From: Mytilus trossulus
Lineage: Eukaryota
Length of the DNA: 64,000 bases
Assembly (NCBI RefSeq): GCF_036588685.1
Contig: NC_086379.1
Location: forward strand, 73,160,001 to 73,224,000
Direction of reading: 5' to 3'
The notes below the pieces were generated by a model that searched no databases, was not told the origin of the DNA, and saw only the letters and a list, made by a program, of their open reading frames with translations. The position numbers and the translations under genes were made by a program. Positions 1 through 11,810 of this stretch are shown piece after piece. Within the stretch, counting starts at the first letter, position 1. Each line of letters opens with the position of its first letter.

Positions 1-1464
1 TTTGGACTGGTTAACTTAATTTTGTTATTCATATAAGTTAAAGAAGAAAATATTTTCAATGTATTTTATCATTGACATACCTATATGATCAAAACAGAGT
101 TAAGGCACCTTAAAAATGTACATACTAGTAAAAGTATTTATAAGTTCACATATCCAATATAATGTTGAACCCACTATTCAGAAGATTGTTTCGTTTATTT
201 CTTCAGAACAATTGTCCACCATTTTTCCATGTTCATCAAATAAAATATACACCCGATTTGATATGTGTGGTAGCCTCTTTATTTTGTATATATTGTAATT
301 GTAAAATAAAGATGTATAATTATGTTAATATTAAATAAACTTCAAAACATATTGTTTCATATAAACTTTTATTACACTGTAACGTTTCCATACATTATTC
401 ATGATTACTTGGATTTGATTGGTTAGTTTAAAGTTTTACCGCTCAGTTCCGAGGTTCTTTGTTTTGAGTTAGAAGGACTAATGGAGTCGAAATGGACAGA
501 CGTTTATGTCCATAGCCATTGAAGTAGTTTGAAAGTATAGAGAATAGTCATGATTGTATTACATTGACAGACTTGACATTTTGACAACTTGTAAGCTGTC
601 ATATAGATATCACTGTGTGATATAACAGTATGTACGTTTGAATTGGTTTGTGCCACGACAGTAACTACCTTGCTCCACAAGTTGGGTGTTTTACGTTACT
701 GATTAATAAATATCCTGAACCCTAGCAAAGCGACTTTAGTTTTCCTTGAGGCCTAAAGTCAGCTATTACATATGTACCTGTCATTTCAACACGGCAAGTT
801 TCGGTGAGATTTGTGTTGTTCAGACTAATTTTTTTAATGCAGTGTTTAAGATACATTACAGTTTTGTTTTATTCATTGTTATGTCGATCTATCCCCGTCT
901 TGTGTATTTTAATTGTTCCTTTTGTATCGTGATCTACTTTTTACAGCAACTTACCGTTTGTTAGCAAACATTTTTGTGTATCTAGATCGTCACTGTGAGA
1001 AATCGTTCCAGTTGTCGTGTCGTTTGTAACATTTTGTCTTGTCTGTATTCCCTGGCAGTTTTGATCCGGACTTGAACTATCTATATTACACGATGACCAA
1101 AGGGTCCATGTAAATATTAATTCAGCTTCAGAGATAACTATTAGATCTACAAATAAAAGACATATATAGTAGTTGTTGTTTGAGTGTCAATCCGATATGC
1201 TACCGGTCATATCAGAAATAGGTAAGCATGCAACGATCGCAATTCATAAATATAATACCGATGGACGACAACACAAATAACAAATATTAAATTAAACAGA
1301 ATAAACCACTAAAAGACTACACACAATACTGCACAGATTCTTAAGATTCAGTAACACAAAATTATATTTAAGTATGTATTTATTAAAGCTAGATCAATTA
1401 AGTTTGATAACGACAAATCCAGGATCATGTATCTAGGACTATTATCTACCTTGTTTGAGACCTT

Positions 1465-2062
1465 ATTATTACTTGTACTGTTAAATCTGTTTTTGTTATA
1501 TCTACTTTACGTGACTCTGAATGTATGTATGCCGTCATACTTTGAACGACAACATTATTTTTATGTCTACCTGTGCGAATTTCAAACGCGCAATTTTACA
1601 TCAGTACTGAAAACCTTCTATCCTCTACGGGTAGACTTTACATACATAAATTAAGTCGTATAAAATTAACAAAATTAGTATGTTAAATTTGATGTATGCC
1701 TTTTTTGTTTATTCTTCGTTACATTTGTTGTTTTTACAGTGATATTAAGATGATAACACATTATAGACTGCTGTACCCCTATTTTTTACATTTTTACTCT
1801 TTGAGTATGTTTGTTTTGTTCATTCATCGTTGATAATGTAATGGAATTTGATGCGACTGTCATAAAAGTGAGAAGTTTAGCTAGCTATAAAACCAGGTTC
1901 AATCCACCATTTTCTACATTAGAAAATGCCTGTACCAAGTCAGGAATTTGACAGTTGTAATCCATTCGTTTGATATGTTTGGACTTTCGATTTTGCCTTT
2001 TGATTTTTGATTTTCCTTTTTGAATTTTCCTCGGAGTTTAGTATTTTTGTGTTTTTACTTTT
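1465..2062 (+). mobile_element. Penelope-like subfamily A 3' fragment
   Basis: Reverse-complement match to about 46620-47150 and to the subfamily A terminus. Confidence 0.8.
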
Positions 2063-2791
2063 ACATTATCAGACTAATCTCTAATAGGAGAAACACAACG
2101 AGAGTCACTAAAAGAGCAGGATCTGCTTATCTTGTCTAATCACCTTCAATTATATTGAGCAATGACTGTTTCTAATGCGTTTAAAATAATGGTTTTGTTA
2201 AGTTTATTTACAAATCTTCTTTAAAGATAAGAAGATGTGGTATGATTACAAATGAAAAACTCTTCACTAGAGCTGACATGCCATTGATATAAGCAATGTT
2301 ATTTCTCCGTATGGTCTTTATCAATGAGTGCAATTCATATGGTATGGAACCTCTTTTTATACTTAGGAATTTCGACCACATTTTAAGTCTATCAAAATAA
2401 AAAAGAAGTTTCACAAACATATTTGATATCATATTCCCTAACCCACCCTCTTCTGTCTCCCGTATTCAAGTTATGTTTTTTAGATAACTGGAATACAATA
2501 GCAAAACGGACGAGTTATTCTATCCCTCTGTTATCTTACGTCCCTCTCTTGTCTATAAAGTATTTCAAATAACTCCTTATTCAAATCCCTGTATCATATT
2601 TTCCTAAACCAAATTGTATTGAAACGTTTTGAATGGTTGTTTATTTTTACTCATTTATCCAAGTTTGAGTCTTTGCTAATTAAAGAAGCGAAATAATTTG
2701 TTCTGTCATCTCGTCGTCTGTTTTTGTTTTTTTTTATTTTACGTAAAATTGCATTACAAATTCTACATATTAGTATGCTACATTATATAAA

Positions 2792-2992
2792 AAAGAAGAT
2801 GTGGTATGATTGCCAATGAGACAAATATCCACAAAATTTTAAAATGACACAGACATTAACAACTATAGGTTACCTTACGGCCTTCAATAATGAGCAAAGC
2901 CTATACCTCATAGTCATCTATAAAAGGCCCCGATAATACAATGTAAAACAATTAACGAGAAAACTAACGGCCTTATTTATGTAAAAAAAAAT
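2792..2992. repeat. Dispersed repeat family C (also near 2229-2340, 7909-8098, 10485-10590, 11600-11880, 23450-23700, 33955-34230, 36175-36430)
   Basis: Shared motif aagaagatgtggtatgattgccaatgagacaa...ggccttcaa...tataaaaggcccc, in both orientations. Confidence 0.75.
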
Positions 2993-3000
2993 GAGCAAAA

Positions 3001-4117
3001 GTAATCATGATTACATCTGATTACAATGAATTAAAAAAAAACATTTTGCTTGATGTGAATGAATAAACGTTTACTATATAACAATAGCATTTTTTACAAA
3101 GTATTGTGTTTGCTATATTATAAAATGATATCTTCAAACTTCATCTATTTAATAAACCTCAAAAGTTCACTTCATACACACATACACATTGTGTAACTGG
3201 TTACGACCCATTGCACTTTATTATCATTAATCTCTGAATTATTTTGACTTTTTTTGAATATAGCTTTATAAAAAGCGTTTGCTGTTTGTCTTTTAACCTA
3301 TTATAGACTTTAATTTATATTTGTTTCAAGGTGCAGTTTATGGATGAAATAAAGTCACCAGTTTAATCAAATTGTAAACAAAATACAAGAGCTAAAAATC
3401 ATTGCATTTTACATGTCCAGTACAAATACATACATGTACAAAAATTTGCTTATTTTAAACAAGATATTTGTCCAACTTTAATTCATTTTGTGCTAATTGG
3501 ATAAATTATCACATGTCTCATTTATTTTTTACCATATATATACTGTCCTACAGCCATACTCAGTTGGTAGTATTGCAATAAAAACAAATCAAAGTGGACA
3601 AAAATCACTACATTAACAAAAGATTATAATTAAGGGTTAAAGAAACGTATTACTGGAATATAAGTTATTATCAAATATATATAATTATGTACATCTTTAA
3701 ATTGTGAATATATGTACAATATATTTTACTAAGGCCAGAAACATAGTGTATTATATGTCTCTAGACTCTAGGCTTTTGACGACTTTTCAATACTGTAACC
3801 GTTTATTTTTTACTGAAGTATACAAACCAATTGTCATGCTTTATAAAAAAAATAAACAAAACTATCTTAACATGTTCAATATAAATGAATAAAAATAACA
3901 AAAAAGTATTCTTTATTGACCATAAACTAAGTTTAAGTTTTTTTTCTTCAATGTAATCAGAATGTAATCATAAAGTAATCAGGATTACAGTGTATTTTGA
4001 TTAAATTAAATTACATGTAATCAGATTTTCGGCTGATTAGTGATTACAATGATTTCTTGAAAAACTGTAATCAATTACAGGTGATTAACGATTACAATTT
4101 CAATTACTCCAACTCTG
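3001..4117. mobile_element. MITE-like element with GTAATC/GATTAC sub-terminal arrays
   Basis: Clusters of gtaatc/gattac at 3001-3025 and 3950-4110; ends aattactccaactctg; the left end appears truncated. Confidence 0.5.
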
Positions 4118-4454
4118 CATTGAAACAAAGGTTACATTGTCTGTTGTTCAATGAATTACGGAACAAAGCGCACATATAGGTCTTTCCCTGTGAATAATCC
4201 AAATATATGAAAAAGGCCTGTCGTACCATCCAGTTAACGATCAGTACTGGAACAGGGTAAAGTTTAATTATAAATGATTTGTTGAAAAAAGACTTGCCCT
4301 TTATTTAAGTTTTGTGGCCAGATATTCTGTGAGATAAAAATAAATTTGTCTAATAGATGTACACCAAACCCATCCTATTATTTATATATGAACTAAAATA
4401 AGTGAAAATTAAGTGCCTTCATCTTTATTCCGTATCAACTTCTCAAATAATACA

Positions 4455-4750
4455 TGATGGTCTTGGTGTATAGATTCTACGTACTGACGTTGTTTATCAT
4501 CTTAACAAGGTGCTATATTTTTCTTTCATTTGTATTTATTATATTATTAATATTGCTTTTGCTGTTTGGATTGATTTCTTTGATGTCCATTTGACGTGGC
4601 TCGGTACTTACACATCCCGTCAGGGAGTTTGTATTGTCTTTCGTTTGTGCTTGTGTGATTTATATATGCGACTTTTTGTGTTTCTTTGGTTCTTATAACG
4701 TGACTCTGTACTTTTAAAGACCCCGTCATTATGTTATTGTTCTATTATAT
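4455..4750 (+). mobile_element. Penelope-like subfamily A-related 3' fragment
   Basis: cgtactgacgttg..atcatcttaacaaggtgcta and cgtgactctgtactt match the reverse complement of 47180-47450. Confidence 0.55.
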
Positions 4751-4764
4751 GCCATTATGTATTG

Positions 4765-4866
4765 GAGAATTGATAAGAAGTAGTTGATTCGTAAACGATA
4801 ATCAACGAGCGACTTTAGTCGCGAGTTGACTATCGTTTTCGAATCCACTACTTCTTATCAATTCTC
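4765..4866. repeat. 102-nt imperfect palindrome at the left end of a ~1.3-kb element (to about 6095)
   Basis: gagaattgataagaagtag...ctacttcttatcaattctc; the adjacent taacccatttct is inverted near 6083-6094. Confidence 0.8.
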
Positions 4867-5869
4867 TAACTTAACCCATTTCTAGTAAAACGACTATCTG
4901 TTTCATGGTAATGTTAATAGGGTTAAAATCATTCAATTAATTGGATTTATAAAGAATGGATTTACAACATATATACAAACGGACTAAGATTATTGAAAAT
5001 ATGAGTGAAGTATAAATGCCACAATAAAACCACATCACAAGACTCCAGTTGATGACAAAAAAAATCAATGATTAGTCTTAACTGAACAATAATATATAAA
5101 TATTGTGTCAACTTGGTTCGCTTTTATTATATATGTTAAGATTATTTCAACGTTGTTACATTTGGCATCTATCTTTAATCATTAAATAAACTAGTGATAT
5201 TTGTGGTACGCATTCTGAAACCCAAGCATAATTGCTCATGCTACAAGTGTGCAATATATAAGTATTTCAATTTTAAAGTGTAACATATAATCTGTTCATT
5301 ACCGTGATCGTCTAGTCGTTCGTACAGTAAGACGCAACTTTGAAACCAACAGTTGCAAGTTCAAGCCTAGGACCGGATTTTTTTTTTTCATTTTACTGCT
5401 TTTCTCTATCAAAATATGTTTTTGAATCTGAGAGGTATCTATATTTCATTTTTCATAACAAATTGACAATTTTGTTTTTGGTTTTAGAGTCAAAGAAGTA
5501 GTTTTACAGTTGTAGCTTATCACAATTTATTCACATTAGAGACAGTTAAATGTTGATGTATATTTGGACCATTTATAATCAAACAAACAAAAAGTGAAGG
5601 TATGATAGCATAATAATACTAATTCCAGAATTATGAATTTGTTATGATGAAAAGAGGAAGGCCTTGTACGTTAAAAGTGATAAGTGAAATGTGTACATGT
5701 ATTTTTATTTGATAAAGGAAATGTACTAATAAGTCATATTTACAATTCCTTGATTGTATGGTGTTATTTATTCTATTATATATATATAAAAAAAAGACAG
5801 AAATAGTTAATTGACATGTATTGACAAATATACGCTTTAAGAGGGATATTAAAATATTCATTTACATAA

Positions 5870-5950
5870 GCGCTCGTGATCTAGTGGTATCATGCATAGA
5901 CTACAGACTTCACTGTCGTAAATGCACGCGGGTTCGAACCTTTCATCTGT
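5870..5950 (+). other. tRNA-like (Pol III A/B box) degenerate sequence inside a repeat element; not a functional tRNA
   Basis: TGATCTAGTGG ... GGTTCGAACC; no proper acceptor stem. Weaker similar motifs at 5305-5390 (+, followed by a T-run) and 37465-37530 (-). Confidence 0.4.
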
Positions 5951-6339
5951 CACTCGTTTTTGAGAGGATTACATTTCGTAAGTTAAAAGCTTAAAGTTAT
6001 GACATAAGTTATCTTTAGTTAACATTGTGGTCAGTGGATTCTTAAAAAATAATCCACTGTTAGAACAATAGACTGACGTCAGAGAAATGGGTTAAATTAT
6101 AGTTCTATTATAAATTAGAAAATGTTTTGAACATCAAACGTCAAAATTATTTTGATCGCGAAATGGTATTAACTGTATGTGGTGCCAACATTGTCCATGT
6201 GAAATTATAGATTGTATACATTAAAAATTGAAAGACACAATTTTTCCTATGTGACGTATACATTTTTTTACGTTAGACACGCAAAGCAATGCATGTGTTT
6301 TTAATTTGATAGATGCTTTTGTGCTTTTTTTTAAATTGT

Positions 6340-6640
6340 TTGTTTTAAGGTTGTGACACAGTGATGACTACTGTACCCATATTTTGACTATTTTATTTAT
6401 TATGTCTGTTTTGTTCACGCATCGTTATATATTTAACGGAATTTTATGAGACTGTCTTTCAAGTGAGAGGTTTAGCGCTATTAAATCAAGTTCAATCCAC
6501 CCTTTTCTACATTTGAAAATGCCTGTACCAAGTCAGAAGTATGACAGGTGTTTGATGTGTTTTGTTATTTGATTTTGTCTTGTGATTAAGGACTTTTCTA
6601 TTGAATTTTCCTCGGAGTTTAGTATTTTTGTTACTTTTTA
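6340..6640 (+). mobile_element. Penelope-like subfamily A terminal fragment
   Basis: Same sequence as 1760-2062 (aaatgcctgtaccaagtcag...gaattttcctcggagtttagtattttt). Confidence 0.75.
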
Positions 6641-8964
6641 AGCATTTACTGAAAAGTAGATGAAAATATAAAAAAGAGGCGATGTGTTTGCTAGTGAGGC
6701 AATACTCCACCAGATACCAGCTGATATACATGTAGAAGGTGACAACTATTTTCCCTCGTTCAACCAATAGAATATAAAATATCTATAAATCAGTAACAAG
6801 AATTCTTATAAAAACACTTTGAATAGACCGACAGTATTTCGTAGGTAACAGACGGAACAAATTAACAATCAATACTATAGGTAGGTCTTATAACAGAGGT
6901 CATCCGATATAATGTTCGAGGAAATTTTGACTGCCACTGGAAAATGAGTACATATTGGATAGAAACCTAAATCCTCAAGGCCACCTATGAACTCCTCAGA
7001 GAGTTGTTGCAGGGTTCTTAACGTACAAAGAGTGTGGAATTCTCTATACATGGGACATCGGATTCAACATCCCGATTTTTACCGGACGTGGCAACAAACT
7101 TATACATCCCGGGAAACCAAATTGGACACTACAATTTGGCAAGCATTTTAATGCCGGTTGGAAGTAGACCAAGTTACCATATTATATTCCCCAGTTACCT
7201 TAGAGGGATTTAGTAGTGAATATTTGTTTTGACCAAAAAACACATTGTGATAATCGCTCCTCAACAAATATGATTTAACTGTGTATCGTACTACTATTAA
7301 GACATATGATATTAAAACTATAGATTTTTTTTAAAGTTGTAACTAAATGAAAGAACAATATTATATTAAGCGGATCTATGTTACAGTTTGACAGTTTTTT
7401 TACCTTTTTTAACTAGGCAAAATTATAACTTTACCTAAAAATTCATGCCCCAAATTGTTTATACATTTTATTTTACCCCTATTTAATATAATATGTATAT
7501 ATATAGAGAAATATATTAGGAGGGTGTCTGAAAAAAATATATATGCAAATAACATACCACACCATCTGATTTAAACCAAAGTAGGGATGAAATACGGTTG
7601 AAGAAAATGACATTTATATAATTGAGTATGTAGATAGATCTTTCACAAGCCAATATACCTGTATATAGAATGTAAGCTCATACAAAACAGACACGTAGTC
7701 ACTTTCTACTGCATCCTCACAGTCCAAGTAACAACAAATGAATATTTTGAATTGTGTTTAGTGTCGGAATACTAATGTTGAACAGCAGTAAGCAGTTTGT
7801 GATGAACAAATTCCTGAATCCATAAATAGTCAGTTACACATAGATTTATCGGAACATAAAACCTCAATTCCTCTACGGGACATAATAGAATGTAAGCTCA
7901 TACAAAACTAGACCGTTGGTTTTCCCGTTTGAATGGTTTTACACTAGTAATTTTGGGGCCCTTTATAGCTTGTTGTTCGGTGTGAGCCAAGGCTCCGTGT
8001 TGAAGGCCGTACTTTAACCTATAATGGTTTACTTTTTTAATTGATATTTGAATGGAGAGTTGTCTCATTGGCACTCACACCACATCTTCCTATATCTAAT
8101 TAATAGTAATTCGGGTAAAAAAATAAAGCTCATAAACTTATCATATATATATAACAATTGTTTACGCCCGACACGCGTTGTGTCTACAAAATGATTTCAA
8201 TGACACTCGAATAAAAAATAAATAAAAATACCATATTATGTACAAAATTCAGATTGGTTATGGAAAATATAGCTTCTATAATGTCTATATAGAACAAGGT
8301 ACAGAAAGAACATAAACTAAAAAAGTATATAATATCAGGAATATGACCCCAAATATCTGTAAATTCATAAAACAAATTTTTAAAAAGGAAAACCGCAACT
8401 AAATAAGGAAATTGTAAAACACAGTTAGACATCATGAATCAATGCTAAAGATGTGTAGGTGACAAGTGATATCAATAACCTAAAAATGATCTGAAATGTT
8501 TCTTTTTGGCATTGGAAGCTCTTTTAAGACGGAGCAATATATATTAACGACGTTTTGATTTTTCTGTTCATTTCAGATTAATACACTGCGGTAGTTCATT
8601 ACTGATCAAATATTTGTTTTTCTTTTTGGGATTTTTGTTTGTTTTAACACAATAATCAAAATACCATGTGTCTGTATTACTAATGGTTTGCCAGTTACAA
8701 ATACATTTTACTTATAGCAAATATAGAAGGAGAAATAACTCTCATATTGAATCTCAATATCGCTCGGGTATCTTTCGTCCCTCTTTGGTATAATATTTCC
8801 TAACCCACCTTTTGTCTCTCGGGGATATAACTCTCCTATTGAATCTCTATATCGATTATGTCAAAATTAAACAAAACACCATGAGGGCAAAACGAGCAAT
8901 TTTGGAAAATAAATGTGTCGGTTTCTTCAACGGTGGCAAAGTATTAGATAAACAGTAATCGGAA

Positions 8965-9361
8965 CGCGTGTCTGGCGCATTAAACCATAACATTGTTAAC
9001 TATTTACAACATTTGGTCGATGCCACTCCTGGTAGACGTTTCTTTCCTAAGGATGTCAACAGGTCAGAAGTCAGCACTTCGGTGTTGACGTGAATATCAA
9101 TTATGTGGTCATTTTATAAATTTCCTATAAACAAAAGTATGAATTATTGGAAATACTAAGAATTTTTCGTATCCCATGCATAGATTACCTTACCCGTATT
9201 TGGCACTTTTCATAGTGAATTTTGGATTAGTAATGCTTTTCAACTTTGTACCTGTTTATAACTATTTTGATGATAATTTTGATGTGAGCGTCACTGGTGA
9301 GGCTTATGAAGACATAATGCGTGTCTGGTTTATAAAAATTATGAATCTGGTACCTTCGATA
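8965..9361 (+). mobile_element. Decayed full-length retrozyme copy
   Basis: Collinear with 26535-26929. Keeps the UUCG hairpin (9070-9089); the hammerhead core is mutated (ctggtgag...gacataatgcgtgtc). Confidence 0.75.
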
Positions 9362-10949
9362 GATTTTCTAAGAGAAAACTCTTACATGGAAAAGTATTCA
9401 CTTTTGCGATGTCATTTTGAAAAGCGTATCAACTGTTCGATTTCAAATACCAAATATGCCAGTAAAATCTTGCCATATAAACAAACAACAAAGAAAGAAG
9501 AAGGAAGAGGAAGAAAATTAAAATATTTATAACGAAATCAATAGGTCTTACAACGGTAGAGTTGTAAGTCCTAATGATACAAAAGCAATCCAAATTTAAT
9601 AGATGTGTTTTTGATGAAGATTTTGATTGACTGAAGTTCAGAATTTAAAAATTGTTGAATCTTAAGGAGGAAGTACATCTATTATCAACGATTATTTAAC
9701 GTTTTAAAGTGTTTTAATCATTATATCGTTAAATCTACGCTTTTTATGAACTGTTAATGATTGTTATTCAAATGATCTCATTTTTAAACTGTATAAGTTT
9801 AATTACGCGACACGCTTTTGTGTCCTTTTAAAATCTAACATCAATATACCGTGTCTCCGAAAAGGCATATGCACAGGATTACACCCGTTTATTGAAGAAG
9901 AATATTTTGTATAACGATAATGGCTTTTTATGTACAAGTAGAATGTTAATATTTGTTTTGACAGAATTTCATGTTGCAAACATGCACAGACTTACATGAA
10001 TTGTAAGTAGAAATTCATTGCTTCTAATATTAACATATCGATCTAGATACATATCGAGGGTTTATGTTACAGAAAAGAAAATTGCTCGTGATGTTTGTAC
10101 ATCTCATATAGTTGCAGATTCATTAAAAAACTTTGTCTATAATGTAATGCCTCTTACATTTTGTTTAAATTACAAACAATGACTACCCTCATCTCCTATT
10201 TCGTAAAGGTTAGCGGTTATTGTACAGATATTAGTAGAACACATCTTCTTCGAAAAATTACCATTTGATATACAACAGGAATATTTTTATTAAATTACAG
10301 TACTCTTATATTGTAATATTAAATATAACTTATTTGTTCGTATTTAAGAATCTGCACTTTATGGCAGAAGGTACAATATTTGTGTGATTATTTTCCTTCA
10401 GTATACAAAGTTGTTTTGTTCTACATGTTTCACCCTTTTATGCTTAATAATTTTTTATAGAATAATCCAAAACTGTTCCAAATCGGCATGTGGTATGAGT
10501 ACCAAATAAGGCAACTCTTCTTTGAAGTCCCAATTTGTATAAGTAAACAATTATAAGTCAAAGCATGGTCTTCCACACGGAGGCTCCTTCAAAAACAAAA
10601 CGGAAGTAATTTGATAGAATTTATGTGTATATTACACATATAATGCAAAGATTTATTTGAACGATACCTTCCTGATTTCAGGATAACAATTGCATTATAT
10701 ATATATATATATTTAATATTCTAATAAATTTATTTTATTCGTGAAAAAACGGATCCTTACGAAAATAAAGGTTCACCTAGTGACACAGCCAACATGTCCG
10801 TGTAATGTGTAAATCGTGTTCAGTAAAGTAAAATCTAAAGGAAAGGAGAAGATCTGGTATGATACCTGATGAGAAATCCCCCAACTAAAAACCAATTGAC
10901 GTGGTCATTATTTTATAAACAAATTACTTGAACTTAACTCTTGTGAATT

Positions 10950-11410
10950 GCCAGAGGGACATTCAAACTCATAATTCTGACGGATAAATCGACAAGGCAA
11001 TGACTAAAAAGAAAAAGACAAACAAGCAAAACAATAACAAAAAAGACTGAGCAACAAAAACTTGGAGTTATCTCAAGAGGGTAAACATATACTCTCCAAA
11101 TGTGTCACCCGCACTCATGTTAGTATAATCCCGATAATAAGTCTAATTCAGTAGGTCACTTTCGGGAAAAGCAGACGACACTCTAATTTAAAGTTACGAT
11201 ATTAAGAATATATCCGCTATTATCTGTGAAAAGGATATTCCAAAATAGTCAATCAACTCGTGATTGCGTCTGAAAATTTTCCGAGGCGATGATTTGACAA
11301 CTTGGTAAAATAGTTTCTTTGGGAGCAGCAATCTTTTATGACGGAAATCATTAGAGACAATACAAGCCCTGGAATAGCGTATCAACTTGAAGATATATAC
11401 TCCGTTTAAA
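10950..11410 (-). mobile_element. Penelope-like subfamily B 3' fragment (RT C-terminus and 3' UTR)
   Basis: ORF 11194..11484 contains GVYIFKLIRYSRAC...RNHELIDYFG, homologous to the RT C-terminus near 47650; followed by the subfamily B terminal repeat. Confidence 0.8.
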
Positions 11411-11810
11411 TATATATATATAACTGCATTTAGGTTATGCTCATATGAAATTGTATCATGTTGCTTCGCATTTTGTCTTTGCAACCAGCGATATGGATAA
11501 GATTTTCCCTAGCATTGTTTTGTTTTGTAAGTTATCAAAGAATCTGACATGAAAAAACGTGTTTATTTTATGATTAAAATAACTACCAGAAAACATAATC
11601 AGGTAGGTAATAATGAATGACATGCTTAATGTCGGTTGTTGCTGTGTTATATATTTGTTTTTCAGTCATTTTTATATATACATAAATCAGGCCGTTAGTT
11701 TTCTCGTTTGAAAGGTAAATACATTTTGTATCATTTCGGTGCCGTTTTACAGCTGACTCGGCGGTTTGGAATTTGTGCATAGTTGATATATGTTCGGTGA
11801 CATATAGTTT

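Noticed and set aside
5870-5950. Functional tRNA gene
   Set aside because: A and B boxes are present, but no cloverleaf with an acceptor stem or a clear anticodon arm could be built.
7005-7095. Possible Nin/Deu-domain SINE fragment (gggttcttaacgtaca...catgggacatcgg)
   Set aside because: The resemblance is from memory of a short motif and there is only one copy here; not supportable without a search.
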